Numbered from the stretch's first letter, positions 1 to 14,038 are shown. The stretch: 64,000 bases of DNA from Eledone cirrhosa (GCA_964016885.1 OZ024744.1:78988001-79052000), one strand, 5' to 3'. A program made the numbers and translations. The notes: generated from the sequence alone by a model not told the origin.

Positions 1-310
1 TGTCATGTGAGACAAGACGGGCAGGTGATGTCGCCACACCTTGTTGATATGGTCGTTCTTTTGTTTTTTTTGGGGGGGGCCGGGTTTTCTACAGATAGAT
101 GTCTTTCCTAATGCTAAATCACTTTACAGTATGTACTGAGACCGTTTTCCATGGTACTAGTACTACCACTGTACAGAGTGGATTGGGTGCTTTTTGTCAT
201 AGTACCAATACTACCACTGTACAGAGTGGACTGGGTGCTTTCTGTCATAATACCAACACTACCACCTTATAGGGTGGGCTGGGTGCTTTTTGTTGTGGCA
301 CCAGCACCTT
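1..310 (-). mobile_element. RTE/SINE 3'-UTR fragment
   Basis: Degenerate reverse complement of the recurring ggtgttaggaagggcatccagctgtagaa motif, plus tandem cactgtacagagtggactgggtgcttt units. Confidence 0.6.
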
Positions 311-715
311 GGGAGAGCAAGTAATGTTTATATGTGTACCCCCATGGCAAAAATGTTGACACTAGAAAATAAATGACATAAAAAGTTAACAGATTTTGTG
401 TCTTTAAATGGCGAGAATGACTCTTCCATGTAGTAATTGTTTTAGTTTCAATACATGTTTTTTGATCGGCTCAAGCATATGGGAGGGAATAGTACTACAG
501 GTCTTCTGTAGTACTGCATAGTGACAGAGGTATAGGATTAATTGAGACTATGTTATTGTGAATATAAAATAGGGACATCATATTTTAAATATTTCCTTGT
601 AGATATTTTCAATCTGCAGAGAAATACATACATTTTGTAAGTTTACATCTATATATATATTCAGTGCATCATTGTATATGCACATTCATGCAGTCTTGGT
701 TGAACCTATACTGTA

Positions 716-1100
716 TATCATCATCATCATCACTGTTTAATGTCCATTCTTCTACGCTCACACAGATTGGACAAGTTGTTCTGCTGTGAGACAAGACAGA
801 TCAGATGACTGTGTCTTGCTCATACTGAACTGTTTCCGTTGACTGGATGCCCTTCCTAATGCCAACCACACTTAGATTTTTTATTATTGCAGGTATTTGC
901 ATTATAACATTTACAGGAAGACACAATAGAGGTAGACCACGAAAAACATGGGCAGAGGTGGTGAGAGCAGACCTCAGATTGCTGAAACTCACCAAGGAGA
1001 TGACAAAGGACCGTGACAAGTGGAGAGATGCTGTGCTGAATAGGACCCGTCCCACCCTTGCAAGCAGGAGAAAACGGACGTAAAATGATGATGATGATGA
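716..1100. mobile_element. two RTE 3'-end fragments in opposite orientation
   Basis: 716-870 is a minus-strand tail with (CAT)n. 915-1100 is plus strand, encodes GRPRKTWAEVVRADL...DRDKWR and ends in (ATG)n. Confidence 0.75.
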
Positions 1101-1560
1101 ACTGGATGCTTTAAATGACCTCAAACTTCAGACTCTTTAAGTGACTGGCCTGCTTGGACTTCCACATGACTGTTCTGTTCTGCTTGGGCCTCAATATGAT
1201 TAGGCCTCCACTTTACGTGGGCTTCCTTATGGCTGGTTTACTTGGAACTCAATATGACTGGGCTAATAGATTTTCACATGGGGAGTCTGCTTGGAACTCC
1301 ATAACACTGCTCTGCTTAGGCCTGTATGTCACTAGTCTTCTTGGGCTTCCATGTGATTGGTCTGTTAAGATTTCGACATGGCCAAACAATATGGATTTTC
1401 ATGTGACCTGCTGGATCTCCATGTTGCTAATTTGTTGTATTTCCACATGTCTGGCCTGATGGATTTTCACATGGCTGACTTGCATGAGTTCCTACATGGT
1501 TATCCTGCTGGATTACCACATGGCTGATCTGCTTAGAACTCTTGGCCATGGATCTCATGA
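1100..1560. repeat. degenerate ~27-bp minisatellite
   Basis: Recurring gactggcctgcttggacttccacatg-like units. Confidence 0.6.
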
Positions 1561-1820
1561 ATTCTGTTAATTGCTTTTTGAAGTGCATCCTGATTCTATG
1601 AAGAATTTAATTTCAAAACTCAGATAAATTATATTCCTTTTGATACTGCTCTAGGTCTACATGCCTGAAAAAAAGATTTCCAATCTGAGTTATATATTAA
1701 ATAATAGTTAATCAATTTTTTAAATACCTGTCCAGAAAAACTTTCAGCAAACATTTAATTTTGTATACCCACCAAGACTAGAATAATCAAAAACTGGGTG
1801 TAAACATTAGAAACTTTACT

Positions 1821-2038
1821 TTACCCTTTCATTACCATATTTGTAATGAATTATATTGCCTCTGTTTCAAATCATTTTTTTAAAATAATGAAGAACTTTT
1901 TCATTATTAAGCTGATATTTGGAACATAACAAACATTTTTTATATTAAAATACTTCATAATAATTTTATGTGAGTTTGAACACTTTTGTATCGTAAAACA
2001 CAAGGTGGTTTCAGGCAGGTTGGTATAAAAATGGTTAA
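1821..2038. mobile_element. TTAA-type MITE, family 2 (related copies ~2280-2360, 12524-12760, ~43945-44060)
   Basis: Ends ccctttcattacc / ggtataaaaatgg-ttaa. The copy at 12524-12760 is inverted and TTAA-flanked. Confidence 0.6.
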
Positions 2039-2809
2039 TTAGATCCAATCTCCTTGCTGTTTTATTGTTATTTTTTGTCTAATGATTACAGAAACAATTA
2101 TGTGATATGAAAGCATAATTTACACAGAATAAAACGAAATGAAATTGTCATAATTATTGATTTTACATCTTTTTTTGCATGATGGAACCAATTGACGTTT
2201 AGATTACAATGTATGAACCTTCTACACTTCGCTAACTAACATGTCTGCTTTGCAGCTACACTGTTTTACTCAAGATTTATCCCTTTTGTTTCCATATTTC
2301 TAATGAAATACTAGCCCTTGTTTCAAGTTATTTTGAAAATATATGAAGAATTTGAATGAATTTTAACTGGGTGTATCTGGCCAGAATTCTCTCACCTCTC
2401 TCTGTCCAAATCAGCCATAACTGTCTACTAATACTAATGTTAAGGTGTTGTTCTCAAAATAAATACTATCAAAATCTCGTAGATTCGATATTATGTGAGG
2501 TAAAGCCTTTACCATGAAAATATAATATTAAATATAGAGTAATGTAAATGCTAAAGGGTTAAGCTAATGCTTGCAACATTACTTAACAAAAGGTTTTTCA
2601 AAAAAATTATGACAGAAGGTTTTAATTTAGATGAAAATTTTAAAACAAGCAGTTTTTTTTATCATAACACCACAGCTGGTTTCATCTGGGTTTGCATAAA
2701 AAGAGTTAAGTTGATGTTTATATATGATTGTATTTCCTTCCTAAGATCTACCACTGTTATAGTGAAAGCTGGCTAGGTTTATATGTCTGTATGTCCTTAG
2801 AAGAGCTTA

Positions 2810-3105
2810 ATGGTTAGAGAGTTGAATTCACAATCCCCCAGATCATGAAATGTGTTGTATCTTTGAAGAAAATACTTTATTCATGTTGCTCCAGTTTACT
2901 CAGCTGTAGAAATGAGTTTCGATGTCACTGGTGCTAAGCTGTGTTGGCCTTTACCTTTCCCTTGGACAACATCAGTGGCGTAGAGAGAGGAGACTGGTAT
3001 GTATGGGTGACTGGTGGTCTTCCATAAAAAACACCTCTGGAATTGAACTTTGGTGGGGTACTTTCTCAGTGCAAAACCTATGATTAATGAAAGGGGTCTT
3101 TTCAC
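2810..3105 (+). mobile_element. tRNA-derived SINE (CORE-like central domain), degenerate
   Basis: Shares tgttgctccagtttactcagctgtagaaatgag and downstream sequence with the copies at 19250-19590 and 36125-36405 (both minus). Confidence 0.6.
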
Positions 3106-3349
3106 TTTTTTTTATGACCTTAATATTCATCACTGCTATTGTGAGGATTGGGTAAGTTTATCATGACATCATTACCAGTGATTGGGTTTTTTATGTTTGT
3201 ATATCCTTCTTGGCATCTACCACTGTTGCAGTAAGGGCTCAGCAGGTTTATCATGATGCCAGTAGTAGGTATTAATATGACTATACCATTCTTAACACCA
3301 ACTACTGTACACTGTAAGGACTAATGTTGTTGTTTATATGACTAGGGGA

Positions 3350-3519
3350 AAAATTAAGTTATAATGAATTCTTCAGTATAACAAAATTTTTTTCAATTCC
3401 TAAGGCAATAACAAACAAATGCTCGATTTCTATCTGTCGATCTCGTTATAAAGAATTTTTCGTTACAATGAATTTTTTTTTATATCCTGTGAATTTTGTT
3501 ATAACAGAATTTCACTGTA
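3350..3519. mobile_element. pogo/Tigger-like MITE remnant
   Basis: Repeated subterminal gttataa motifs, ending ttataacagaatttcactg-ta. Confidence 0.4.
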
Positions 3520-3709
3520 TTTATTTCCTACCATCTACTGCTGTTACAGTGTGAGGATTGGCTAGATAGCTTTATCATGGCACCAGTAATAGTTGATAGT
3601 ATTACCAAAAAATATTAATAGAAAGAAATGCTTTAAGAAATGCTAAAACCACCTTTCAAAGTATAAGAATTATTTTTCAAAGAAAATCGAATTTTCATGC
3701 TTCATCTTC

Positions 3710-5312
3710 TTCGCCCATTTATTCCTGAGAGGGTTGTGGGGGCAGATTACTCAAGCACTCCTTCCAGCGGGTCCTGTCAGAGGCAACCATCTCCAGCTGA
3801 TCCAGCTGGATCCCCAAGCATGATCAACCAAGCTCATGGATGTTATCCAACTTCCAACTATCTTGATTGGGGTCTACCCCTGGGTCTCCTGCCAGTTTTT
3901 TGCCCATGAAATCTGTCCAGCGATTCTTTTTTGAGACATTCTAACTACATGCCCATGGCATCAAAGCTGTGATCTCTCAATTCGGAGATATAACGGTGCT
4001 ACCTGGAATGACTCTCTGATCTCTGAGCTATGCACTTTATCGAGTAATGTTACTCCAAAGACCCTTCAGAGGAACTCCATTTTGGCCACTTGTATATGCG
4101 ACGTATTCTTTCTGTCAATACCAAAGATTCTTGACTGTAGGTTAAGGTTGGCACGAATAGCAAATTTGACTTTTACACCTATCTTCCTTCTGATTACCAA
4201 ATGCTGAAGCTAGTGCATTATTGTACCAGCTCCTCCAATTCTTGCACTTAATTTACCCTCCTGCCTTCCATCACTTGTGAACATGGCCCCGAGATACTTG
4301 AGCTTCTCCATCTGCTTCAGTGGAATTCCATTCACATGTAGAGTGCACTGCACAGGATTTCTTGAGAGGATGAGTGTCTCAGTTTTCACAGCACTGATTT
4401 TCATTCCAGCCATGCAGCACTTGGCATCAAACCTATGAAGTGCAAGTTGGAAATCACCTTCTGTCGAGTTAATTAGCACCATGTTGTCTGCAAATTCCAG
4501 CTGACTGATTTTACACCTGCCAGTCATGATACGACTTCTAACCCAGCTGCACATGTCAATCTTGTCCAAGAAAATAATGAACAGTATGCACTCTTAGCGG
4601 AGTCCGACTCCTATATTGAATGGTTTTGATTTAGTACCATTTATCCAAACACAAATACTTGGGCTTTCATATAGAGACATCAAGGTAGAAAGAAGCTGAC
4701 CATTGATCCTATACTCCTGCACACCCTTCCACAGCAGATCCTGAGCATCGCATCATATGCCTTTTCGGGGTCTACAAAACAAGAATATACCTCTTGGCAA
4801 TACTCTCATGATTTCTTGAAGAGCTGCAGAGTGTGAATACTTATTCGTCTGTGCTGCATCCAGGGCAAAAACTGCACTGTTCATCAGCTAGCCTGGACTC
4901 GACAATCTCCTTGTATCTCTTTGCCAGAAACTTAGCATAGACTTTACTGGTGAAACTTAACAAGGCGTTCCCTCTGTAATTGGAACAATCTTTCTTGCCT
5001 TCCTTTTTGAAAATTGGGATTATCAACACCAATTGCCATTGCTTAGGTGCCTTTCCAAAGATCCAGGCCACCCGGCACACACAAATCAGCCAAAGAATAC
5101 CTTCGCTATTTAGCATATCAGGCCAGAATTCATCTTCCCAGCAGCCTTGCCACATTTGAGTTCTTTAACTGTTCTTATGAGCTCAGCTTCTGAGAGATTA
5201 GTTACCACTCCCAGATGGACCTCATGTACATCAGAATATGTGTTGTGATCAGATTTAGGAGATCAGCAAAGTATTCTCTCCACCTTGCAAGGATGCACCT
5301 CTCATGCTGAAG
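3710..5312 (-). mobile_element. degenerate RTE-clade LINE, RT region plus 3' end
   Basis: Minus-strand peptides IIPIFKKEGKKDCSNYRG, LEFADNMVL, GMKISAVKTE, LKYLG, with many frameshifts. The same 3' end recurs at 22845-23130, 36480-36740, 48600-49125 and 54895-55215. Confidence 0.9.
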
Positions 5313-5340
5313 TAAAAAAATCAATTCCTTGTTAGTAGGT

Positions 5341-5562
5341 AGAGTGGCAACTACAGACATGTTTCAGTCTTATTAGATCTCATTAATGAAGCATAGTTTT
5401 CTAAGTCTGCTTTAGTTTGTAGATAGATTTTTGCTTGGAAGAAAAATAATTATTCTACCAAATTTTTCATAACACATAAAAGTCTCTGTCCATTTATCAA
5501 GGAAAGAGAAAACTGCTTTACTAATGATGACCAATAAGACTGAAACATTAGAATCCCCACTC
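5341..5562. repeat. inverted pair of ~60-bp repeats, each with a decayed hammerhead-like motif
   Basis: Minus arm reads TTAATGA-GATCT-AATA-AGACT-GAAA-CATG-TC. Plus arm reads CTAATGA-TGACCAATAAGACT-GAAA-CAT. Confidence 0.6.
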
Positions 5563-6002
5563 CCGAGTATATGAAATTTTCTGTGAATTTTTTAATTTCT
5601 TGAAATTATCTCCTCTTTTCTTCGAGTTACAAACAACTGCCACTTGATTTTTTGTTTTCTTTCTCCAACTATTAAGGATTTTTTGCATACCACATTCAGT
5701 ACATAACTACATCAATTCTGGCTTGGTTTCTATGGCTGGATGCCCTTCCTAACGCCAACCACATTTACAGTGTGGACTGGATGCTTTTTATCATGGCACC
5801 CACTTTACAGTGTAGACTGGGTACTTTTTGTCGTGTCAGGGTGCTTATAGTTGTAGAAAATGTAAGAACAAAAGCTGAAGATGAAGAATATCGTAAAGTT
5901 AATAAAAGAATCCTTGTGGAAAATTCATTTCTAAAACAAACAAAAACTTACCTCCTTTAACTCCTGTACCACATTAAACCTTTAATATCCTGTACCACAT
6001 TA

Positions 6003-6495
6003 AACCACATTAGCAAGACATACTTAAAAAGTATATTATGACTACATCACATTGAATATTTTATTTTACTGTGAGCTTTCACAGTGATCTGTTTATTAGT
6101 AAAGATACTATAAACATTTGAATTAACAAACCACATGAAACTGCATTTGTATGACATTTCTGGAAAGTACAAAATGGCATAATGATTGCATCACATTCAA
6201 TATTGAACTCTTTATTTTACTGGGAACTTCCACAATGTTCTATCTACAAGGAAAGATATTATAAACAAACAACCATATTATTATATTATTAACAAACCAC
6301 ATTAGCAAGACATTCTTGAAAAGTATAAAACAGTACAATGACTGCATAACATTAATAATTAAATTTTTTAGTCTAATACTGCAGATTTTCACAATGATCT
6401 GTCCATTATTAAAGTTACTATAAACATTTGGCTTAACAAACTTGTGTTTTTAGATATTTTCTACTAAACCATTACATGATGTTAAGAGTTAAATA
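6003..6495. repeat. three degenerate ~130-190-bp tandem units, with a related copy at ~11275-11475
   Basis: Recurring aaccacattagcaagacat...gactgcatcacatt...ataaacatttg. Confidence 0.65.
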
Positions 6496-6611
6496 ATACA
6501 TGGCACAGAGAATTAGAATTAAGAATGGTAAATCCCAAAACAAAATATATCAATATTATAAACTGTATTATCTAAAAATTCTTAAAATTATGATGGAAGT
6601 TTTATATATAA

Positions 6612-6772
6612 ATGTGGTTGGTGTTAGGAAGGGCATCCAGCTGTAGAAAACCCGCCAGATAGTCCTATGCGAGCAAGATAACCACTCTTGCCTCAAGTGG
6701 GAAAACCCTCCGTCCAAACCCATGCAAGCATGGAACACGGACGTTAAACGATGATGATGATGATGATGATGA
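6612..6772 (+). mobile_element. RTE 3' terminal fragment
   Basis: Close match to 16993-17141, with an (ATG)n tail. Confidence 0.85.
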
Positions 6773-6825
6773 TATAATAATAGTAATAAATTAAAGATAT
6801 ATACTTTATACTTCTATTTATTTCA

Positions 6826-6862
<37 letters not shown>

Positions 6863-7089
6863 ATCATTATCATCATCATCATCGTTTTACATCTATTTTA
6901 CCATGCTGGCATGGGTTAGACGAGCTGTGGGCAATGTTAGGTCAGGTGATCATGTCTTGTTCACACACACAGACACACATTTAAAGGGTTAAATTTCATC
7001 TGGCCATTCAATGGTTTATCATTCTACTGCTGCTATAAAAATAACACTCTGTCTACTCTGTTAGGTGGTAATGCTGGAGTCAAGATAAA

Positions 7090-7770
7090 ATGCCCTTAGT
7101 ACATGCTGTAAAGTGGTTGGTGTTAGGATGGCATCCAGCCGTAGAACCCATGCTCCCAGTACATGGTGTAAAATGTTTGGCGTTTCAAAGAGCATTCAGC
7201 TGTAGAAAACCGAGCACACATAAAGCACACAAGCAGAACCTAGTTACATAATCGATCTGGCTTCAGCATGCAACAGCTGTGTAACCTATGCAACCATGGA
7301 AAATAAACAATTAAAAGGTGATGATGATGATGATTCCCACATCAAAAGTACCATACTGGTCCTGATAATTATGCACCGATCTCCTTTAAGAAATTTGCTT
7401 TGGAAGGAATGATTAACAGTTGTTAATAAAATCATATACAAGTATTCTGAGACCATTTTTCCTGCTAAAGCAAGGGTTAACCTTGTGGGTTTGCCTTCAC
7501 CAACTCCCTGGCTTTCATTTCCTCCTTTATCATTTTTCACTGTTTTTCTTGGTCTTCCGTTTTCTCTACTTTTTTCCGCATTCGTTTCCGTCACTATTTT
7601 CATCCGGTCACTTTCATTCTTTCTCAACATATGACCCAACCATCTCATTGCATTTCTCTCCACAACATTCATAACTAGCTATATTCCTATCAGTTCTCTC
7701 ACCCAATCACTGTATCTTTTCTTAACACATGACCCAATTATCTCATTACATTTCTCTTCACAACATTCAT
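7090..7770. mobile_element. RTE tail (+, 7090-7335) and RTE C-terminal fragment (-, 7430-7770)
   Basis: Minus-strand MRWLGHMLR...GRPRKT. A ~45-bp internal direct duplication lies at 7626-7672 / 7724-7770. Confidence 0.65.
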
Positions 7771-10239
7771 CACAAAATAGCATCTATACTGATATTTAGT
7801 GTGAATTCATTAGGCAAAGAAGCACCATATATCATCTGTTTTACTTGCACACATATTTAAGGGATGTATTTATTAATATAGACCATTATTGTTGTCATTA
7901 GGAAGGACATCTAGACATCAAAATCAAGCCAAAACAAAACATAAAAATCAAGCCAAAACAAAACATATGGGCATAACCTAGTCATCTGACCAATCAGGTC
8001 TCAGCATGTGACAGCTGTCTAACCTATGCAGGTGTGGGAAATGGATGTTAAAGGGTGATGCCTGAATGTGAATCTTTTGTAGTGTAAGCTTGTTTCTGAA
8101 TCTGTCTGAAAATATGAAAACTTAACACAAAAGAAATTAACTTTTATTTTGGTTGTAAATACTATAAAGTATTTTGCTAATGCCTGGCTCATGTTAGCAA
8201 CCTTGGAAAGAGAAAGTTGATAGAAAACTTAGTGTGGGTAATGATTTAAAATTCCATTTTTATATGTATGTAAACTAGTTTTTATTGTTTTAACATAACT
8301 TAGTCAGAGTTAACACTCATGATACTTTTCAGTGCCTCTGAAAATGATGAGAAAGAAAGAAGGAAGAAGTTATCCTTGGATCAGAAATCTCACCTGTATG
8401 CTTGCAAAAGGGTAGTGGCTTGATCATGGTGTTAAACTGGGCAACAGATTAAGTCTCCCTTCTAACAATAACAGGTTTTAACATAGTTTCCATCTACCAA
8501 GGCCATGAGTACCTCGAGACTATAGCAGAAGACATTTACTCATTGGAATTAAACCCAAAATGATGGCGTTGCAAAAATAACTTTTTAACCACACTGCCTC
8601 ACCTGCACAAACGACGCACATAAACTCTACGAAAGTCTAACTGTATGAAAAATTCCTTCATAAACATAACTTTAAAAGAAACCTAAATTTGTGTAGCAAT
8701 GAAAAAAAAAAAAATTTGGATCAGGATTAGTCCAACTGACCTTTGATCAAAAGTGTTCCAGGGTTGATCCAGACGACATTATTTAAATAACATTTAGTTG
8801 GAACTTTTTCATATCTCTACACAGCTGTAAAGCAGAAACTATATAACAGCTTTATCATTTTTATTTTCTTGTAGGGTATGTGATATAGTGATCGTATTAA
8901 GCTGAGTATATTACTGGTGTTTAAGCAACTATAAAGGGATGAAAAGTAATATCAACACCAATGGAGTTTTCAACTTGAAATAGTGAAGTACTGAATTTAT
9001 TTTGGTAAACTTTTATAGTTTGCTATTATGCTGCCTTTGGCCAACTCCAGTGTGCTGGATTAATATTTAAAAGAAATAACTTATATTGTTTTACCTGGTG
9101 GAAGAATATATTCAGTATGATGACATGAAATAGTAATGATATCTGGTTTAGGAAAAACACCCAAAATCATTCAAGTTCTAAAACTGCATAATAAAGGGTT
9201 GAGACATTTATAAAAATACTGCAGTGCAAATGCGTTCCAAGCTATAATAACCAAGAACAAAAACAATGGATGTACAATCAATATTGATAACATTGATATG
9301 TTTGATTCCGCAAAAAATTGTTTAATAAAGAAATAACCAATAGTGATTTGTCTTTAAATGTTTTTTTTTTTTTGTTTTTTTTTTACAAATTTAAATAAGT
9401 TTAAAAGCCATACAATGCTTAGAAGATTAAAGGTGCCAAGATAATGATAGAATTTTACCTTAGCAAATTTAATGATCCCAAATATGTTTGGGTTTAAAAA
9501 CCCATTATCAAGAGAGGAACCATATGAAAGTCTTCAAAGGTCAGTCAGAGATGAGTTGTTATTTGGCTGGCTGAGAGTAAAAAATTCTATTTTGGTATAT
9601 ATCTATTGCTAACTGTTCTCCTAAATAAACGGTCTAACTTTACAAAACTTGAAAGACAGCGATGTGTGTGTTAGCAAACATAAATTTTATGTTTCTAAAT
9701 GTTTAGCTGTTGGATGGCATCAAAATGGACTTTGTCAGTCATCCTTCTGAGGTCAGTAAAATAATTTCATACAGTGTTTCAATAAAAGTCTTGTCTGTGA
9801 TTCTACTTCAGAATTAGTTCAATCAGATATACTATATCGATAAATTTTGTTTCAACACTTTTATCCATTAATAGACTATGGTCAGTCCCCTAAGCTTCTC
9901 GATAAGTGTTGAAAAGTTATTCCATCTTAAATTAAGGTTCATCATCATCATCTAATGTCAATTTTCCATGCTTTCAAGAGTTAGATGGGTTGTCACATTA
10001 TGAGGCTTGACCAATCAGATGGCCACGTCTTGCTTATTTATTCCTTTCTAGGTTTGGCTCTAGAGCAGTGGCTCCCGTATTGGGTCTGCAAAGGAGTGTC
10101 TGGGGTTCTATGAAAAAAGGTAGAGGAGTATATTTATATGTTGACCATATAACTGTATCAGACTTTGGGGTTCCCCAAAAAATTCACCATTTGGTGAATG
10201 TATATTAGCATTTAACAAAACACTGTGAAATGGTACAGA

Positions 10240-10380
10240 AAGGCCGAGTGGCTAAGAAATTCACTTCACAATCATGAAACTCTAGGTTCGATCCCACAGC
10301 ATGGCATCTTAGCCTCCGGTCAACCCAAACCGTGTGAGTAAAATTGGATAGATAGAAATTATGTGGAAATCTGTTGGATG
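10240..10380 (+). mobile_element. tRNA-derived SINE, third family (related copy ~13655-13810)
   Basis: A-box-like ggccgagtggctaag and B-box ggttcgatccc. Confidence 0.55.
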
Positions 10381-10676
10381 TGCTACTGTACCTGTAATTC
10401 AGAGGTTCTGCTTTGTCACATATTGTATCACACTTATTTGACTTGGGAACTACATTAACGATGCATGTGCATGTGGAATACTCAACCACATACGCTATAC
10501 TGTATATGTAGTTCAAAGGCCCATATTGTATGACACCAATTCTACCTGAGAACTACATTAAAGGTACACATGTCTGCAAATACTCAACCACATACACTAT
10601 GTACTGTAACCATAATTGAAAGGTCCAACTATGTCACTATTTGTACCACACTGATTCAGTTTAGGAATTATGTTAA

Positions 10677-10884
10677 CCCTTTAGCATTTACATTACTCTA
10701 TATTTACTATTGTATTTTCACAGTAAAGGCTTTACTTCACATAATATTGAATCAATGAGATTTTGATATTATTTATTTTGAGAACAAAACCATAACGTCA
10801 GTATGGGTGGCCAGTTACAACCGGTTTTAACAGAAAGAGGTGAGAGAATTCTGGCCGGATACAGCCAGTTTAAATGCTAAAGGG
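10677..10884. mobile_element. piggyBac-like MITE, family 1
   Basis: TIR ccctttagcattta / taaatgctaaaggg with TTAA on both sides. A partial inverted copy lies at 2365-2562. Confidence 0.85.
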
Positions 10885-12036
10885 TTAAGGAAGCCCACTT
10901 CCATGGAATACTCAACCAATTACATGTTAAGTCACTGTTTCATTGTTCACTTGATTTAACAACTGAATGCTCATCATTGAAACCAACAGAGTTTATTGAG
11001 AAATAAGGGTATGTTTGAAATATTCAGTTTTTGAAATCTATGGTGAGATTTCTCTACAGTTATAGAAGTAAGGTTGTATATTTTTTTCTCTAAACATGCT
11101 TGGACAATTCTTTGAAGCCCTTATTTTATTATTGTGTTTCTAACCTGCATTTTTATTTTTGGCAATTAAATGTCATTATTGTTATTATTATTATTAGTTG
11201 ATTTGCAATTATTATCCCACTGAATTTGTTAGTCTCCCAAATTATAGCATTCATTATAAATATTAACATTTTGTACCACATGAAGTTGCATTTTCAAGAC
11301 ATTCTTGAAAAGTACAAAACAACACTATGACTGCATCACATTAAATGTTAAACTCTGATAGTGCAAATTTCCACAATAATCTGTCCACTAGTAATGATAC
11401 CATAAACATTTGAATTTACAAACCCATATATAGATATTTTCTGCTAAAACACTACAGGATGTTAAAAGTTAAACTGTCTATTTATCTTCTTAATTTATTT
11501 TGCAAATTTTTTTTTTTTTTTGCTTTATTCTTTTTTACATTGGATGGGAATAATTAGTATATTAAAAAAAAGAAACTCGAGTTTGTTGCTTATAATGTTT
11601 TTATTCTGGCTTCTTAAAACAATCCCAAATATATCGTAAACCTTCGATGCTACAAACATCAAACAAATGACTGATTCATGTGTATCCTGGTTTTTAAATA
11701 GGTACACCATATCTCTACTTATCATATGAGACAGCTAAAAGATTTGGTGTTAGTAAGGGCATCTACATTTTATGAAAAGACATACTGCTTTAAAAAAAAG
11801 TCCCATCCAAGCTATGGCAGCATGGAAAAATGGACATAAAAATGATGATGGTCAAGATGAACTTAGTTTTTTTATTTTTCTGAAATGTATTTTCAAGAAC
11901 TACAGGCTTTAAATATTTCTTTATTATGATAAATATAATAGATAAACAATGAAATGCATGAAAATAAAGAAAACCACAGAAATAAAGCTCACCAATATTT
12001 TGAGGGTTTTTTTCTTTTTCTGAATCGAGTATTTAA

Positions 12037-12257
12037 CCCTTTAGTATTCACATTACTCTATATATATACTATTGTATTTTCACGGAAAAGGCTTTACCTT
12101 ACAAAATTATCTCACATAATATTGAATCTGAGATTTTGATGTTATTTATTTTGAGAACAATATCTTAACATCAGTATGAGTGGCCAGTTACAGCCGATTT
12201 GAACAGAAAGAGGTGAGAGAATTCTGTCCAGATATGGCCGGTTTAAATGCTAAAGGG
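12037..12257. mobile_element. piggyBac-like MITE, family 1
   Basis: Same TIR and TTAA TSD as 10677-10884. Confidence 0.85.
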
Positions 12258-13318
12258 TTAAACTGTTGTATAAATGTTGTATGCAAGAATTCACTTTGGT
12301 TTGTCTCTCTGTTTTGCAATCTTCCAGAATGATTTCCACATTTGTTTTCTAAATATCAGGTGGAAGAGGCAATGTCAATGACCTTTCCAAGCTTTCTTAG
12401 ACTGGTGAGATTGATGTGATTGGTGCCCAGCCTGAACACTTCCAAGGAAGCTGGAGTGTCTGGTTTGATTGCTTACAACAGACTGATCTTTACTAAAGCC
12501 ACCTCAAAAACCAGATGGTAATCTTAAACCTTTAGATACCAACCTGCCCCAAACTGCCTGCCTATGGTTTTATAAAACAAAACCACCCATGTTAAAGATT
12601 TCTTATTTAAATTAAAATTTTTCAACATATTTTGATATACAAGAACATTTTGTTGTTACAAATACCGTCTTAATAATGTAATAATTAATAATTTTACTAA
12701 ATTTCTCTACATTCTTCATTAACTAGTATTTCATCAGAAATATGGTAATGAAAGGGTTAATCCTAGCAGTGCATTAGGCTCACTACTCAACAACAGAATG
12801 AAGTATCTCTCAATCTTATACATATTTTATACAAACTACATTCCAACAATTTGCAAGCTTTCTTTCAGTTCATTTTTCACTATTTAAGCTGTCACATCTC
12901 AAATTTCTTCACTATTACACTGAACATTAGTGGGATTTTTTATTTTATTCACTAACTCAATATTAATTTCTTCCCTCTATAACCTCTTCTAAACCTTCTT
13001 TCTTCTCTTGAATTATTTCATTTCAGAACCCTCTCTTTGCTCTCTTACGCCAATTACTGACATACACTAATTCTTACAGGTTAATTAACCATGCCTATCT
13101 CAATTAGCTACCAACATCAAGAAGAATATGACACTAAACGTGTACATAAAAACTTACTGAGTTTAATACTATACCCCCCCCCCCCCCCACACACACACAC
13201 ACACCTCAAACACACATAACGCACAGACTCATATACAGTCCCTCGTTTGGTTTTCAGTTTTGAAAATCAAATATTTGATCATTTTTCTCAATATTTCTTT
13301 TTTGTTTTTATTTTGCAG

Positions 13319-13434
13319 GCCAAACGATACGCCATTTGAAGATGGGACTTTCAAATTAACTATAAAATTCACAGAGGAATATCCCAACAAACCACCTACT
13401 GTCAGATTTATATCAAAGATGTTTCACCCAAATA
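13319..13434 (+). CDS. UBE2A: Rad6/UBE2A-B-like E2 ubiquitin-conjugating enzyme, internal coding exon
   Basis: Polypyrimidine tract and ttttgcag acceptor, gtatgt donor. Translates (G)[38 protein letters not shown], near-identical to Rad6/UBE2A residues ~42-80. The upstream exons were not found in the window. Confidence 0.95.
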
Positions 13435-13489
13435 GTATGTATCACATTATAGAATTGATAGTTAATTAATAATTTAAACATGTCAGATT

Positions 13490-13590
13490 AATTGTTTCTA
13501 CTTTAGGCACAAGGCCAGCAACTACCCAGTGCCTCACTGGTACTTTATTTTATCGACCCCGTAAGGATGAAAGGCAAAGTCAACCTCGGC
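13490..13590 (-). mobile_element. truncated SINE (MetaSINE-like) with target duplication
   Basis: Reverse complement of gccgaggttgactttgcctttcatccttacggggtcgataaaataaagtaccag, flanked by duplicated taaacatgtcagattaat. Confidence 0.8.
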
Positions 13591-14038
13591 TAAACATGTC
13601 AGATTAATGCTTTTTAATTACTTTGTTTTGGTTTTTTTTATTAGACAAAGCATGTCTGAATGATTAAGAAGTTCGCTTTGCAATCATAAGATCGTGGATT
13701 TGATCCCAGTGCGTGGCAACTTGAGCAAGTGTCATTTACCATAGCCTCAGGTCAACTCGTGCTTTGTGAGTGAAATTGAGTAGAGAGAAAATTTTTCAGA
13801 AGCCTATCAGATGGACTGTACTTGTAATTCAAAAGTCCAGCCGTGTTACTCATATTATCATACTGAATCTTCTTAAGAATTATGCTAAGGATACATGATT
13901 CTGTGGAATACTCAACTACTTATACTTTAATTTCATGAGCGGGCTCTTTTGTTGACCGAACAACTCGAACAATTGTTGCGGAATCCAACAGAAGTCCAAC
14001 AAACATGGTGTGCTACAATAATCTACATCGGTCTATGG

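Noticed and set aside
1154-1459. 101-aa hydrophobic ORF
   Set aside because: Lies within a degenerate minisatellite, starts at a non-ATG codon and has no recognisable homology.
9849-9915. Short inverted repeat tttcaacactt / aagtgttgaaa
   Set aside because: Too short in AT-rich DNA, with no core motif or TSD.
1-13318. Search for the first Rad6 exons ([21 protein letters not shown]...WNAVIFG)
   Set aside because: No matching sequence recognised by eye. They probably lie upstream of the window, though a short exon could have been missed.
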